Shown: in pieces, positions 1 to 10,885 of the stretch
How positions within the stretch are numbered: position 1 is the stretch's first letter
Layout of the letters: every line of letters begins with the position of its first letter
DNA from: Candidatus Krumholzibacteriia bacterium
Lineage (GTDB): Bacteria; Krumholzibacteriota; Krumholzibacteriia; WVZY01
DNA: 35,373 nt
Reading direction: 5' to 3'
NCBI GenBank assembly: GCA_046754105.1
Contig: JBHHVD010000027.1
Location: 1 to 35,373, forward strand
Made by a program: the position numbers and the translations under genes
Notes under the pieces: model-generated
Seen by the model: the letters and a program-made list of their open reading frames with translations, nothing else
The model's database searches: none
Told to the model about the DNA's origin: nothing

Positions 1-327
1 GACTTCGTTGCTCTCCCCAATGACGTGCCTGCGCTCCGAGTGCCCGATGAGCGCGTACGTCCCGCCGGCGTCCTTGATCATGCCGCCGGATATTTCGCCG
101 GTATAGGCCCCTTCCCTCTCCCAAAAGATGTCCTGGGCGCCGACGGCAACCCTCGTGCCCTCGAGCGCCGTCGCCACGGCGGGCAGGGCGAAGAAGGGGG
201 GGAACACGACCAGGTCACGCGGCGGCAGCGAGGCGAGTTCCGTCTTCAGTCCGGACGCAAAGGCCTCGCCCTCGGCAATGCTCTTTTGCATCTTCCAGTT
301 AGCGGCAATGAGTTTGTTACGGCTCAT
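1..327 (-). CDS. tpiA: Triosephosphate isomerase, 5' part (runs off the window start)
   Basis: Not in the ORF track. Manual translation from ATG at 327 gives MSRNKLIAANWKMQKS...GAQDIFWEREGAYTGEISGGMIKDAGGTYALIGHSERRHVIGE, which has the NWK, GAYTGEIS and GHSERR TIM motifs. It follows pgk. Confidence 0.96.
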   Translation of the reverse strand, partial: MSRNKLIAANWKMQKSIAEGEAFASGLKTELASLPPRDLVVFPPFFALPAVATALEGTRVAVGAQDIFWEREGAYTGEISGGMIKDAGGTYALIGHSERRHVIGESNEV

Positions 328-371
328 CGTTCGGGTCCGTCGGTCACAGGGGCCGCATGGATCGGGGAAGG

Positions 372-1592
372 CTAGCAGGATGCTTCGGCAACGTCACAAA
401 GCGCCTCGACGCCGGGGAGATCTTTTCCTTCCATGAACTCCAGCGACGCTCCCCCGCCGGTGGATATGTGGCTGAAGCGATCGCCGAGCCCCATCAGGTT
501 GATCGCCGCCACGCTGTCTCCTCCCCCGACGATCGTCGTCGCACCGCGTGAACCGCCGTCCGCCACCGCCATCGCGATTTCCTTGGTGCCGTCGGCGAAT
601 CCCGGTCTTTCGAATACACCCATCGGGCCGTTCCAGAAAATCGTGGAGGCCTCCGCGAGTTCCCGCTTGAACAACTCCACCGACTTCGGTCCGATGTCCA
701 CACCGAGCCAGTCCTCCGGAATATCGGCGATCGATACTTCGCGCGCCGCGGCACTGTCGTCTATCTCGCGGGCGATGATACAGTCCACCGGCAGCAGCAG
801 TCTTGCCGTGCCGCTGCGGCGGCGATCGAGCAGTTCCTTGCACATCTCGAGGTACGCGTCGTCCGCAACGCTGTTACCGATCTCCAACCCCGTGGCCTTG
901 AAGAACGTGAACATCATCCCGCCCCCCACCAGAAGCACGTCGACGCGGTCCATCAGCGAGCGGATGAGGTTGATCTTGCCCCGTATCTTCGCGCCGCCGA
1001 GCACCGCCACGAAGGGCCGTTTCGGATTCTCCAACGCGTCGGTCAAGGCGTCGATTTCTTTCTCCAGCAGGAATCCGGCGGCCCGGATATCGAAATGGTC
1101 CGCGACGCCGACCGTCGAGGCGTGGGCGCGGTGCGCGGTGCCAAAAGCGTCGTTGACGTAGATGTCTCCCAGCGAGGCCAATTCTCGCGCGAATTCCGGA
1201 TCGTTCGCCTCCTCGCCCGCGCTGAAGCGGAGGTTCTCGAGCAGCAGAATCTCGCCGTTCTGGAGCGTGTCGACCTTGTGCTTGACCTTTTCCCCGACGC
1301 AGTCCTTGACGAACTTGACTGGATAATCGACCTGTTCTCCAAGCCGGAACGCCACCGGCGCCAGGCTTAGTTGCTCATCCCTTCTGCCCCGGGGACGTCC
1401 GAGATGGCTCATGAGAATCAGCCGGCCCCCGCGCTCGACGACACTGTTTATCGTCGGAAGCGCGGCAACGATCCGCGTGTCGTCCGTGATGTTCTTGTTA
1501 CGGTCGATGGGAACGTTGAAATCCACACGGGCGAGGACTCGCTTGCCCGCGACGTCACAGTTACGAATGCTCAGTTTCTTCATGTTTCGCAT
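372..1592 (-). CDS. pgk: Phosphoglycerate kinase
   Basis: Motifs RVDFNVP, SHLGRP, LLENLRF, NDAFGTAHRAHAS, WNGPMGVFE, HISTGGGASLE. The start could alternatively be ATG 1583. Confidence 0.98.
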   Translation of the reverse strand: MRNMKKLSIRNCDVAGKRVLARVDFNVPIDRNKNITDDTRIVAALPTINSVVERGGRLILMSHLGRPRGRRDEQLSLAPVAFRLGEQVDYPVKFVKDCVGEKVKHKVDTLQNGEILLLENLRFSAGEEANDPEFARELASLGDIYVNDAFGTAHRAHASTVGVADHFDIRAAGFLLEKEIDALTDALENPKRPFVAVLGGAKIRGKINLIRSLMDRVDVLLVGGGMMFTFFKATGLEIGNSVADDAYLEMCKELLDRRRSGTARLLLPVDCIIAREIDDSAAAREVSIADIPEDWLGVDIGPKSVELFKRELAEASTIFWNGPMGVFERPGFADGTKEIAMAVADGGSRGATTIVGGGDSVAAINLMGLGDRFSHISTGGGASLEFMEGKDLPGVEALCDVAEASC

Positions 1593-1599
1593 ACGCTCG

Positions 1600-2595
<996 letters not shown>

Positions 2596-2670
2596 CACTA
2601 CCTCCTGCACGCAACCGGAAACCCAGCATGTCGAAAACGAAGGTTTCCCCCGAAGCACCGAGGTCGATCG

Positions 2671-2688
2671 TTGTCCCTGGATTCACAA
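2671..2688. promoter_or_regulatory. Possible Rex-type operator in the gap leader
   Basis: TTGTCCC-TGGA-TTCACAA compared with the Rex consensus TTGTGAA-N4-TTCACAA: one perfect half-site and one 4/7 match. It abuts a possible -10 (CATACT, 2694-2689, minus strand). Confidence 0.3.
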
Positions 2689-2717
2689 AGTATGGCCGCA
2701 GTACGGGCCGGTCCAAC

Positions 2718-2746
2718 AAAAAAAAACCTTGGCCCGTTCGAGCCAA
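2718..2746 (-). terminator. Intrinsic terminator between comF and gap
   Basis: Minus-strand RNA reads UUGGCUC-GAAC-GGGCCAA-GG followed by nine U. Confidence 0.65.
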
Positions 2747-2775
2747 CGCGAGGCGATTCGCCGACCAATGTCCCC

Positions 2776-2805
2776 ATGATACCCGCGGCCATCCGGGCGT
2801 GTCAA
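2776..2805 (-). promoter_or_regulatory. Sigma70-type promoter upstream of gap-pgk-tpiA
   Basis: TTGACA (2805-2800), 18-nt spacer, TATCAT (2781-2776). Confidence 0.6.
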
Positions 2806-2814
2806 GTCAAAGCG

Positions 2815-3738
2815 CTACAAAGCCCTAGCAAAACACAGCACCTCGAGCGCCCCGGCTCCCGACTGCAGAATCGCGCCGGCGCAGGATGCCGCCGTCGCGC
2901 CGGTTGTCACGAGGTCGTCGACGAGTATCACCCGTTTTCCGAGAAGTCCCGCGTCGCTACAGACGAATGCCCCGCGCACGTTGCGCGCGCGCTCCTCGTG
3001 GGCCGTCTGCGATTGGCGGGCCGTTTGTCGTACTTTTCTTAACGTACGTTTTATCAGAGGGATATCAAATTCGTGGCCCAAGAGCTCCGCCATGCGCTCG
3101 GGCAGGTTGCCACCCGCGCGGGTCCCGGGGTTGGCCGGCGTGGCCACGAGCACCGTGCCCTCCTCGATGACCCCGTGCCGCCGGCGCGCGTCCCGGACCG
3201 CGCGCACGAGGGGCGGAATCAACGCTTCGTAGCGGTCGAACTTGACCAAATGTATTATTTGCAGTGTGTTATCGTTGGTCATAAACGGGGAGACGATCGG
3301 GATCCGAAGTGGCGTTCGCGCACCCCGCCCGGGCGCCCCACCCGGGGCGCCGAACCGCTCGCCTCGGGTCGTGGTCACGACCGCCGACGGTGCCGCGGTC
3401 CCCAGCAGCCCGGCGCCCCCGGCCGGCTCCAGTCCGGCCGCGCAGCGTGCGCAGACGGGGTGACTGCGAAGCGGGAAGACTCCGAGAAACGCCGTCGTGA
3501 CCGGTTTCAGGAAATGGCTCGAGTAACGTACCGGCTTACGTTCCCACTCCCCGCGCCGCGGGCCCTGCGACCGGCACAGGGCGCAGAGGTCCTCGATGAG
3601 AAAATCGACCGCGGCCTGAACACCGGCGCTCAACAGGTGCCCGGCCATACGCGTCGGGAGCGAGAGAATGGATGGGCCGTGGGCCGTGCGGTCACGCTCG
3701 CAGTCCGAGGTCCCGGAACGGTCTTGCTTCCCCATCAC
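2815..3738 (-). CDS. comF: ComF-family phosphoribosyltransferase-domain protein
   Basis: N-terminal CxxC pairs (CALC, CARC), QTARQSQTAHEERARNVRGAF, and the PRPP loop ILVDDLVTTGATAASC. Start uncertain. Confidence 0.85.
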   Translation of the reverse strand: MMGKQDRSGTSDCERDRTAHGPSILSLPTRMAGHLLSAGVQAAVDFLIEDLCALCRSQGPRRGEWERKPVRYSSHFLKPVTTAFLGVFPLRSHPVCARCAAGLEPAGGAGLLGTAAPSAVVTTTRGERFGAPGGAPGRGARTPLRIPIVSPFMTNDNTLQIIHLVKFDRYEALIPPLVRAVRDARRRHGVIEEGTVLVATPANPGTRAGGNLPERMAELLGHEFDIPLIKRTLRKVRQTARQSQTAHEERARNVRGAFVCSDAGLLGKRVILVDDLVTTGATAASCAGAILQSGAGALEVLCFARAL

Positions 3739-3762
3739 ACGTCCCCCCCAGCCGGCCGATGA

Positions 3763-4569
3763 TTACCCGGCCTTCACCCTCTCCGTTCTCTGGTCGGTCT
3801 TCCTGAGCAGCAGGTACACGCCGAGCGCGAACAGTCCGACGCTGATCCACTGGTTCAACGTCAGATCGAGAAACATCCGCATGTTGTCTTCATAGTAGCG
3901 GAAGAAATCGAGGGTGAAACGGAACACCCCGTAGAGGACCAGCAACATCCCGAACGTCGCTCCGCGCTTGACGAGCCGTTTCTCCGCCAGCATGAGGACG
4001 GCAAAGGTCACCAGGCCGAAAAACGAGGCGTAGAGCTGAGTCGGATGGAGATGTACGATTTCCCCCACCCGGTCCGCCAGACCGCGCGCGTAGGCGCCCG
4101 CAGCCGACTCAGAGGGGAACACCACGCCCCACGCCCGGTCCGTCGGACTGCCAAAGCAGCAGCCGCTCAGATAACACCCCACGCGCGTCAGCATGATCCC
4201 GAGCGCCAGCGCCGGGCTCAAGATGTCTGCCACCAGGAAGAACCCGACGTTTTTCTTCGCTGCGTAAACGTACGCAGCGAATATGGCCAGCAGAAACCCC
4301 CCGTACAGTGTCGCGCCTCCCTGCCACAACGCGAACACGTCCACGAAACTGTTGTACTCGCCGAGGTGAAAAACGACGTACAGCAGCCGGGACCCAACGA
4401 CACCGGTCAGGATCAGATACACGCTGAGATCGAGGACATGCTGCGGATCCACTCCGTATCGCTTCGCCCGCCACGAAGACAGGTAAATCCCGACCAGAAA
4501 ACTCACGGCCAGCATGAAACCGAACGAGTAGACGTTGAACCAACCGAAATCAAGGAGGACAGGATGCAT
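3763..4569 (-). CDS. lgt: Prolipoprotein diacylglyceryl transferase
   Basis: MHPVL start, WQGGATLYGG, GCCFG, HPTQLY, RFTLDFFR; multiple TM segments. Confidence 0.95.
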   Translation of the reverse strand: MHPVLLDFGWFNVYSFGFMLAVSFLVGIYLSSWRAKRYGVDPQHVLDLSVYLILTGVVGSRLLYVVFHLGEYNSFVDVFALWQGGATLYGGFLLAIFAAYVYAAKKNVGFFLVADILSPALALGIMLTRVGCYLSGCCFGSPTDRAWGVVFPSESAAGAYARGLADRVGEIVHLHPTQLYASFFGLVTFAVLMLAEKRLVKRGATFGMLLVLYGVFRFTLDFFRYYEDNMRMFLDLTLNQWISVGLFALGVYLLLRKTDQRTERVKAG

Positions 4570-4617
4570 GTCTCTTTTCCAAACCGGCGTTCCCGGCTTC
4601 TTCTCCCGGGCAGGACA

Positions 4618-5865
4618 CTAGTACTCGTACCATCTGACAGTACAATTTAGCAAGAATCCCACCAGGAAGCAACTTACCACGAGCGAGCTCCCGCCGTAAC
4701 TAAGAAACGGGACCGGAATTCCCGTGACCGGCGCCATTCCCGTTACCATCGCGATGTTGATGAACACCTGGAAGAAAAAATACGCAGCGATACCGACACA
4801 CACCGTGCTGGCGAACTGGCTTTTCACCTTTACCGCCGTCGAGAGTGCTCTCGCGATGAGCACCGCAAACAAAACCAGCGCCAGCAGCGCTCCGACGAAG
4901 CCCATTTCCTCTCCCAGTACCGAGAAAACAAAATCCGTGTGTTTTGCCGGCAGGAACTCCAGGGCTTTCTGTGTGCCCTCGAGGTATCCCTTGCCCGAAA
5001 GGCCGCCGGAGCCGATGGCGATCTTGGACTGGAACACCTGCCAGCCCGCCCCCAGCCTGTCCGATTCGGGATTGAGGAAATTTATGATTCGGGACTGCTG
5101 GTAGGGCTCGAGCTGGTTCAAGACGATCGGGCCGACGAAACCCACGCCGAGGTTGGCGACGACCAGGGCTATGCTCTCTCGTGGATTCGAGCGACCCATG
5201 TACGCGATGATAAAAATCACGACGATGTAGATTCCGAAGGGCCACGAGGCCTCGAGGATTTGCTCGCAATAGACAATGAGCAGCCCCGCAACCACCGGCG
5301 AAATCATGAAAAATATCTGATGCCCGCGGAGCCCCCGCCAGAACAGCACCGGAAGCGACATGACGAGGAGTATGATTGCCGTACCCAGGTCCGGTTGTTT
5401 GAGCACGAGCAGAAACGGCGCCATCAGCAGCCCGATCGATGCGACCATTTTCTTTGCACGGTCCATGCCGCCCATGTGCCCTGACAGAATACGTCCCCAC
5501 ACGAACAGCAGAGCGACCTTGGTGAATTCAGACGGCTGCAGACGCATGGGGCCGATCGATATCCACCGCTGTATCCCCTCGCCCTCGCCCGCGAACAGGA
5601 CCAGAACCAGCAGCGTCATGCACACGAGATAGTAGACGTATGCGAGGGTCTCGAAATAGCGAAACGGCACCGCGAATCCAATGAACATGGCCACGATGCC
5701 GAAGCAGAGCCAGATCAGCTGGCGCTGGAAGTACAGGTTGTCGACCTCCCGGGCGAACTCTCCCTGGGCCGGGTGGAAAACCGAGTAGATGAGGCTCAGG
5801 CCGATAATGCAGAGCATCACCGTCGTCGTCAGCAGCAGTGAATCGATATCCCTGCTGACCCTCAC
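4618..5865 (-). CDS. rodA: Rod shape-determining SEDS glycosyltransferase RodA
   Basis: Motifs QPSEFTK, QPDLGT, IAIGSGG, HTDFVFSVLGEE, PVTGIPVPFLSYGGSS. Overlaps the mrdA end by 4 nt. Confidence 0.96.
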   Translation of the reverse strand: MRVSRDIDSLLLTTTVMLCIIGLSLIYSVFHPAQGEFAREVDNLYFQRQLIWLCFGIVAMFIGFAVPFRYFETLAYVYYLVCMTLLVLVLFAGEGEGIQRWISIGPMRLQPSEFTKVALLFVWGRILSGHMGGMDRAKKMVASIGLLMAPFLLVLKQPDLGTAIILLVMSLPVLFWRGLRGHQIFFMISPVVAGLLIVYCEQILEASWPFGIYIVVIFIIAYMGRSNPRESIALVVANLGVGFVGPIVLNQLEPYQQSRIINFLNPESDRLGAGWQVFQSKIAIGSGGLSGKGYLEGTQKALEFLPAKHTDFVFSVLGEEMGFVGALLALVLFAVLIARALSTAVKVKSQFASTVCVGIAAYFFFQVFINIAMVTGMAPVTGIPVPFLSYGGSSLVVSCFLVGFLLNCTVRWYEY

Positions 5866-7700
5866 GGTCCTTCTCCCGACGCCCGGGCACTACTCGCCGG
5901 CGCGGCACGCTCCGGTGCCGCCGCGGCCTCCGCCCTCTTGAAGTATTCCTGATAAAACCTGCGAGCCATGGGCCCGGCAACGCTGCCGCCGTGGCCGGCG
6001 TTCTCGATCACGATGGCGATTGCGATTTCCGGCTCGTCGGCCGGCGCGTACCCGATGAACCAGGCGTGATCTTCACCGTGCGGATTCTGGGCGGTGCCCG
6101 TCTTGCCGGCGGCGCGCAACCCCGGCACCCTGCTCGACTTGGCGGTGCCGTCTTCACTGTGAACGACGTCAACCATGGCGCGGCGGATTCGTTGTTGGAT
6201 CGGTGCCGAGAATCTGCGGATCTTGCGACGCGGGTACACGCCGCTCATCTCGCCGGCGATCTCCTTGACCGCGTGCGGTCTTACCAGGTAGCCGCCGTTC
6301 GCGATCGCGGCGGCCACGCGGCACATCTGCAGCACGCTTGCCAGGTACTCGCCCTGGCCTATGATGTTGTTGAGCACCAGACCTTGCGTCCACTTGCCCT
6401 TGCCGTAACGCCGGTTGTAGTACTTGCGGTCCGGCACCAGCCCCCGGTTCTCGTTTGGCAGGTCGATTCCGGTTCGCGCGCCCAGGCCGAAGTCCTCGCA
6501 GGCCGACGCGAGGATGTCGACATCCATTTGCTCCGCCACCTTGTAGAAATACGAATCACACGACTGTACGAGCCCCGAGTGAAGGTCCATATACCCGTGG
6601 CCCCACGACTTCCAACATTTGAAGATCCGATTGCCGAACCGATGTGCTCCCGTGCAATACACCAGCGCCTCGTCGGGTGGCACGATCCGGTTGCTCAGGG
6701 CCGCGTACATGCTCACAACCTTGAGCGTCGAGCCGGGAGGATAGGCCGCCTTCAGGAAGCGGTTGAACAGCGGCTTTCCCTCCGCCCGGTTGAGCGCGTC
6801 CCACTCGGCCTGCCGGATGCCCACGGCGAAGCTGTTGGGGTCGAACTCCGGGAGGCTCACCGCCGCGAGAATCGACCCGTCCTGGACGTCCATCACTACC
6901 GCGGCTCCCGAGCCCCGCTCGCCGACCAGACCCTCCAGTTCCTCTTGAAGCCGGACGTCCACGGTGAGAATCACGTCCTTGCCGGGAACGGGCGGTTGCA
7001 GCAGTTCGTTGAATTCCCCCAGGTTGGTCCCGGCGGCGTTGACCGCCACTACGCGCTGCCCGTCTGTTCCCCTGAGCGAGCTCTCGGAAACGCTCTCGAT
7101 CCCGGTCTGCCCGACGAGGTCCCCGGACTGGTACCCCCGGCGCGAACTCTTGAGGAGAAACTCGTCGTTTACCTCGCCGACGTATCCGAGCAGGTGTGCG
7201 GCGAGCATCCCTCGTCGATACCGCCTCCTGGCGTTCGTTTCCACACGCAACTTCGGAAACCGATCGTAGTTCTCACGGACGAAGGAAACCACGAGCTTAT
7301 CCGCGTTGCGGACGACCGGGAAGGGTACGCCGGCGTTTCGCTTGCGCCACGCGTCGAACCTCGAGTAGATGTTCGTCGTATCCAGAGGAAGGTAGCGGTT
7401 CAGGCGGTCGACGGTCCCGTGGATGTCCCTGCTGCTCTTCCAGGGCAGCACGATGTCGAAACGCGGCACATTATCGACGAGCACGATTCCGTTCCGGTCC
7501 TTGATAAGCCCTCTCGGCGCAATGATCCGTTCGCGCTGCAGCTGGTTCTCCTGAGCGTACTGGGCGTAATAACCGTAACGAAAATGCTGCAAAAAAAAGA
7601 GCCTCCCGGCGAGGACCACGAACAGGAGGATCATGAAGGACAGCAACCACTGGTACTTGGCCCTCCCCCGTCTTTCGTCCCTAGGGTCGCGCTTTCCCAA
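5862..7700 (-). CDS. mrdA: Penicillin-binding protein 2
   Basis: N-terminal TM segment, APRGLIKDRNG, SxxK (PGSTLK), SCD, KTGTAQ; mre-operon context. Confidence 0.96.
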   Translation of the reverse strand: MGKRDPRDERRGRAKYQWLLSFMILLFVVLAGRLFFLQHFRYGYYAQYAQENQLQRERIIAPRGLIKDRNGIVLVDNVPRFDIVLPWKSSRDIHGTVDRLNRYLPLDTTNIYSRFDAWRKRNAGVPFPVVRNADKLVVSFVRENYDRFPKLRVETNARRRYRRGMLAAHLLGYVGEVNDEFLLKSSRRGYQSGDLVGQTGIESVSESSLRGTDGQRVVAVNAAGTNLGEFNELLQPPVPGKDVILTVDVRLQEELEGLVGERGSGAAVVMDVQDGSILAAVSLPEFDPNSFAVGIRQAEWDALNRAEGKPLFNRFLKAAYPPGSTLKVVSMYAALSNRIVPPDEALVYCTGAHRFGNRIFKCWKSWGHGYMDLHSGLVQSCDSYFYKVAEQMDVDILASACEDFGLGARTGIDLPNENRGLVPDRKYYNRRYGKGKWTQGLVLNNIIGQGEYLASVLQMCRVAAAIANGGYLVRPHAVKEIAGEMSGVYPRRKIRRFSAPIQQRIRRAMVDVVHSEDGTAKSSRVPGLRAAGKTGTAQNPHGEDHAWFIGYAPADEPEIAIAIVIENAGHGGSVAGPMARRFYQEYFKRAEAAAAPERAAPASSARASGEGP

Positions 7701-8184
7701 TTGTCCTCACCACCCTCGTGCCTACGAAGTCCGCGATCCGGTGCACGACAACGCCGGCCACGGCCGTATAGAGCGCCGACGGCACCGAGACGGTTACGAG
7801 CAGCACAAAGAACTTCGCCGGGTCGAGCCCCGTAAAGAACAACAGGTAGAAGAAATCGTGTCCGAGCGCGGCAACGCTGAACAGAGGCAGCAGGAAGAAG
7901 ACGTTTTCCGGGTCGGCCTTTGCGCCCATGACGCTCACGGCGTAACCCGTCAGTGACTTCGTAAGCGCATTGAGCCCAAGGAGTTGCGGATTGAACAGGT
8001 CCTGAAACAGGCCGACCGCAAAACCGCTGATCGAGCCCTTGAGCGGGGTCTGGTTGATCGCGAAGTACGCCACGAGCAGCAGCGGAAAATCCGGCGCGAT
8101 CTCACCGAGGGCGATTCTCGGCACCAGGAGCATCTGCGCCGCCAGAAACACAAACGATGCGATCGTCACCTTGACCCGTTTCAC
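7681..8184 (-). CDS. mreD: Rod shape-determining protein MreD
   Basis: 167-aa hydrophobic protein with PDF and GLFQD motifs, between mreC and mrdA. Confidence 0.9.
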   Translation of the reverse strand: MKRVKVTIASFVFLAAQMLLVPRIALGEIAPDFPLLLVAYFAINQTPLKGSISGFAVGLFQDLFNPQLLGLNALTKSLTGYAVSVMGAKADPENVFFLLPLFSVAALGHDFFYLLFFTGLDPAKFFVLLVTVSVPSALYTAVAGVVVHRIADFVGTRVVRTIGKARP

Positions 8185-9041
8185 AGGCGCTCTCCGATGG
8201 AATTGCGGATGATGGTCGAGTCCTCGCGGTCGTAGAAGATGGCGCGGTCCCAGGACATTTCATCCGTCACGACAAAGACCTCTTCCAGAGAACGAAACTT
8301 GATGTGGCTCCTCGCCCCGACTTTGAGTTGAAGCCCGTCGACCGCGGGAGACACCCGGGTCACCACCGCGACTGGAAACCCTTTCGGAGCCACGCCGCCG
8401 AAACCACTTGTGATCAGCGTGTCGCCCACCTGAACGTCTTCAACCACGCTGACGTTGTTCAACTCGAAGTAGGAATGGTCGCGCCACTCCAGGATGCCAA
8501 CGACGCGGCTGCGCTTGTCCAGACAGCTCACCGGGTTGTTACGGCTGCTGATCAACTGCACCCAGGCGGAATTCTCGAAAACGTTCACGACCCGGCCGAC
8601 GTAACCCTGGTAGGACAGGACGGGCATGCGCACCTTGAGCGAGTCCGCCCGGCCCTTGTCGATAATCAACATGGTCTGAAAACGGTCGAGGTTCCTGCCC
8701 ACTACTTCGCACGGGACCAGTTCGAGGAACTGCTCCTCCTTGAACTCGGCCAGTCGCCGCAGGCGTTCCCGCTCCGAGCGAAACTGCGTCAAACGCTCCC
8801 TCTCGAGCAGCAGGCTCGCGACCATTCGCTTCAGCCGGCGGTTGTCGGATCGAAGTTCACCGGCGTCGTCAACGAGGTTCGTGGCCAGCTCAACGGGAAG
8901 GAACAGGGCGTTCAATACGCCCTGGGCGAACTTGATTCTCGGGTCCTTGGGAAGGAGCAGCAGCGTCAGTGATACCAGAAGCAGGATAACGAGGGTTGTT
9001 TTCTCCCGATGCCTTCGTAATACCAGGTCGAGAATGGGCAT
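8181..9041 (-). CDS. mreC: Rod shape-determining protein MreC
   Basis: N-terminal TM segment, coiled coil, IIDKG, GDTLITSGFGGVAPKGFPVAVV. Confidence 0.94.
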   Translation of the reverse strand: MPILDLVLRRHREKTTLVILLLVSLTLLLLPKDPRIKFAQGVLNALFLPVELATNLVDDAGELRSDNRRLKRMVASLLLERERLTQFRSERERLRRLAEFKEEQFLELVPCEVVGRNLDRFQTMLIIDKGRADSLKVRMPVLSYQGYVGRVVNVFENSAWVQLISSRNNPVSCLDKRSRVVGILEWRDHSYFELNNVSVVEDVQVGDTLITSGFGGVAPKGFPVAVVTRVSPAVDGLQLKVGARSHIKFRSLEEVFVVTDEMSWDRAIFYDREDSTIIRNSIGERL

Positions 9042-9043
9042 GT

Positions 9044-10081
9044 CTAGTCATGTACGCTGTGCATCAAAATCCTGTCGTAGACGGGGACGTTATCCAGGAC
9101 CTTGCCCGCCCCCAGTACAACGCACGACAGCGGATCGTCTACCACATTGATTGGGAGATTCGTTTCCTCTTTGAACAACGTATCCAGGCCGCGCAGCAAC
9201 GACCCACCGCCGGTCATGACGATGCCGCGGTCGACGATGTCCGCCGCGAGCTCCGGCGGTGTTTCCTCGAGGGCCTGCTTCAACGCGTCGACGATCTGCC
9301 CGATCGGCTCGCTCAGCGCTTCGCGAATCTCTTCACTCGTCAACTTGAGTGTCTTGGGAATACCCGCCACGAGGTCGCGTCCCTTGACTTCCATCGATAC
9401 TTCGCGTTCGAGCCGCGCCCCGGTACCGATTTTCATCTTGATGCTCTCGGCCGTCTGTTCACCGATCAACATGTTGTAGGTCTTCTTGACGTACTGAACG
9501 ATCGACTCATCCATCTCGTCACCGGCAACGCGAATCGAGCAATCCGATACGATACCGTCGAGTGCGATAACGGCGATTTCGGTCGTGCCTCCACCGATAT
9601 CGATGATCATGTTGCCCGCCGGCTTGTCCACGGGCAGGCCCACTCCGATGGCGGCCGCTATCGGCTCGGAGATGAGGAAGACCTCGCGCGCGCCCGCGTG
9701 TTCCGCGCTGTCGCGCACGGCACGTTTTTCGACCTCGGTAATACCCGAGGGCACGGCGATTACGATGCGGGGCCGGATGAATAGTTTCTTCTTCTGGGAC
9801 TTGCGGATGAATTCCCTCAGCATCTTCTCCGTGATTTCGAAATCGGCGATGACGCCATCCTTGAGCGGGCGAATGGCTGCGATGTGATCCGGCGTCTTAC
9901 CCAGCATTGCCTTGGCATCCACACCGACCGCGTAGACTTTGCCGTTGGACTGGTCCACCGCCACCACGGAGGGTTCGTTGAGAACGATGCCGTTCCCTTT
10001 GACGAACACCAGCGTGTTGGCCGTCCCCAGGTCGATGGCTACGTCATTGGAGAGGAAGTTGGAGAACCGGGAGAGCACCAA
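9044..10081 (-). CDS. mreB: Actin-like MreB
   Basis: Motifs IDLGTANT, DIGGGTTE, IVMTGGGSLL. Start is TTG 10081 or GTG 10078. Confidence 0.98.
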   Translation of the reverse strand: MVLSRFSNFLSNDVAIDLGTANTLVFVKGNGIVLNEPSVVAVDQSNGKVYAVGVDAKAMLGKTPDHIAAIRPLKDGVIADFEITEKMLREFIRKSQKKKLFIRPRIVIAVPSGITEVEKRAVRDSAEHAGAREVFLISEPIAAAIGVGLPVDKPAGNMIIDIGGGTTEIAVIALDGIVSDCSIRVAGDEMDESIVQYVKKTYNMLIGEQTAESIKMKIGTGARLEREVSMEVKGRDLVAGIPKTLKLTSEEIREALSEPIGQIVDALKQALEETPPELAADIVDRGIVMTGGGSLLRGLDTLFKEETNLPINVVDDPLSCVVLGAGKVLDNVPVYDRILMHSVHD

Positions 10082-10105
10082 ATCACGTTCCTTTCTGGAA
10101 AAGCG

Positions 10106-10792
10106 TCAAAAAACGCCGCTTTCCTTCAAACTCTTGTACCTGCCGGAACCGATGATCACGTGGTCCAGCAGACGAATCCCGATCAGCTCGCCGCATTTCG
10201 AAAAACGCCTCGTAAACTCCACGTCTTCCCTGCTCGGAGCCGGATCCCCGGTTGGGTGGTTGTGAAGCAGGATGATCGACGCGGCGCTCGCCGAGATGGC
10301 CGGCTTGAGTATCTCCCGCGGGTGGACGATCGATGCGTTCAACGATCCGATAGAAACGGTCACGACCTTGAGAATCTGGTTCTTGGTGTTTAGCAGCGCC
10401 GCCTTGAAGTGCTCCCTGTCCAGATGACGCATCTCGTCCATGAACATCCTGGCGATGTCACCCGGTCCGCGCACCGGGGACCCCATCACGTTGGGTTCCC
10501 TGGCGAAACGTTTTCCGATTTCGAAAGCGGCAACCAGTTGACATGCACGAACAAAGCCAATACCGGGTATTTTCTTCAAATCATCCAGGCTCGTGTGGCC
10601 AAGGGAGACGATATCCCCGAACCCTTCCAGGAGCCGATAGGCGAGGGCCAGCGCGCTCGCCTCCCGGGTGCCCCTGCCGAGGACGATGGCCAGCAACTCC
10701 TGCAGAGAAAGTTCCTTTGCACCAACATGATACAGCCGCTCCCGCGGTCGCTCTTCGGGCGGGAGCCTTTTTACCGACATCCGGGTCATCAT
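10106..10792 (-). CDS. radC: RadC-family JAB-domain protein (full length, with HhH)
   Basis: ERPRERL, IPGIG, VHPRE, HNHPTGDPAPSRED, LLDHVIIG. ATG 10792 has a GGAGGTG SD. Confidence 0.95.
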   Translation of the reverse strand: MMTRMSVKRLPPEERPRERLYHVGAKELSLQELLAIVLGRGTREASALALAYRLLEGFGDIVSLGHTSLDDLKKIPGIGFVRACQLVAAFEIGKRFAREPNVMGSPVRGPGDIARMFMDEMRHLDREHFKAALLNTKNQILKVVTVSIGSLNASIVHPREILKPAISASAASIILLHNHPTGDPAPSREDVEFTRRFSKCGELIGIRLLDHVIIGSGRYKSLKESGVF

Positions 10793-10885
10793 ACGTCCAC
10801 CACCTCCACACAACCGCCTCAAATCACCGGACCCATACCCCCGGGTGAACTGCAGGCTAGCACCTCAAGCCTTTGGCCGGCAAGG

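Noticed and set aside
5991..7835. 614-aa plus-strand ORF
   Set aside because: Antisense shadow of mrdA.
10106..10792. radC as a marker of a mobile or defence element
   Set aside because: It is the full-length chromosomal type in the known radC-mreBCD arrangement, with no integrase or att sites nearby.
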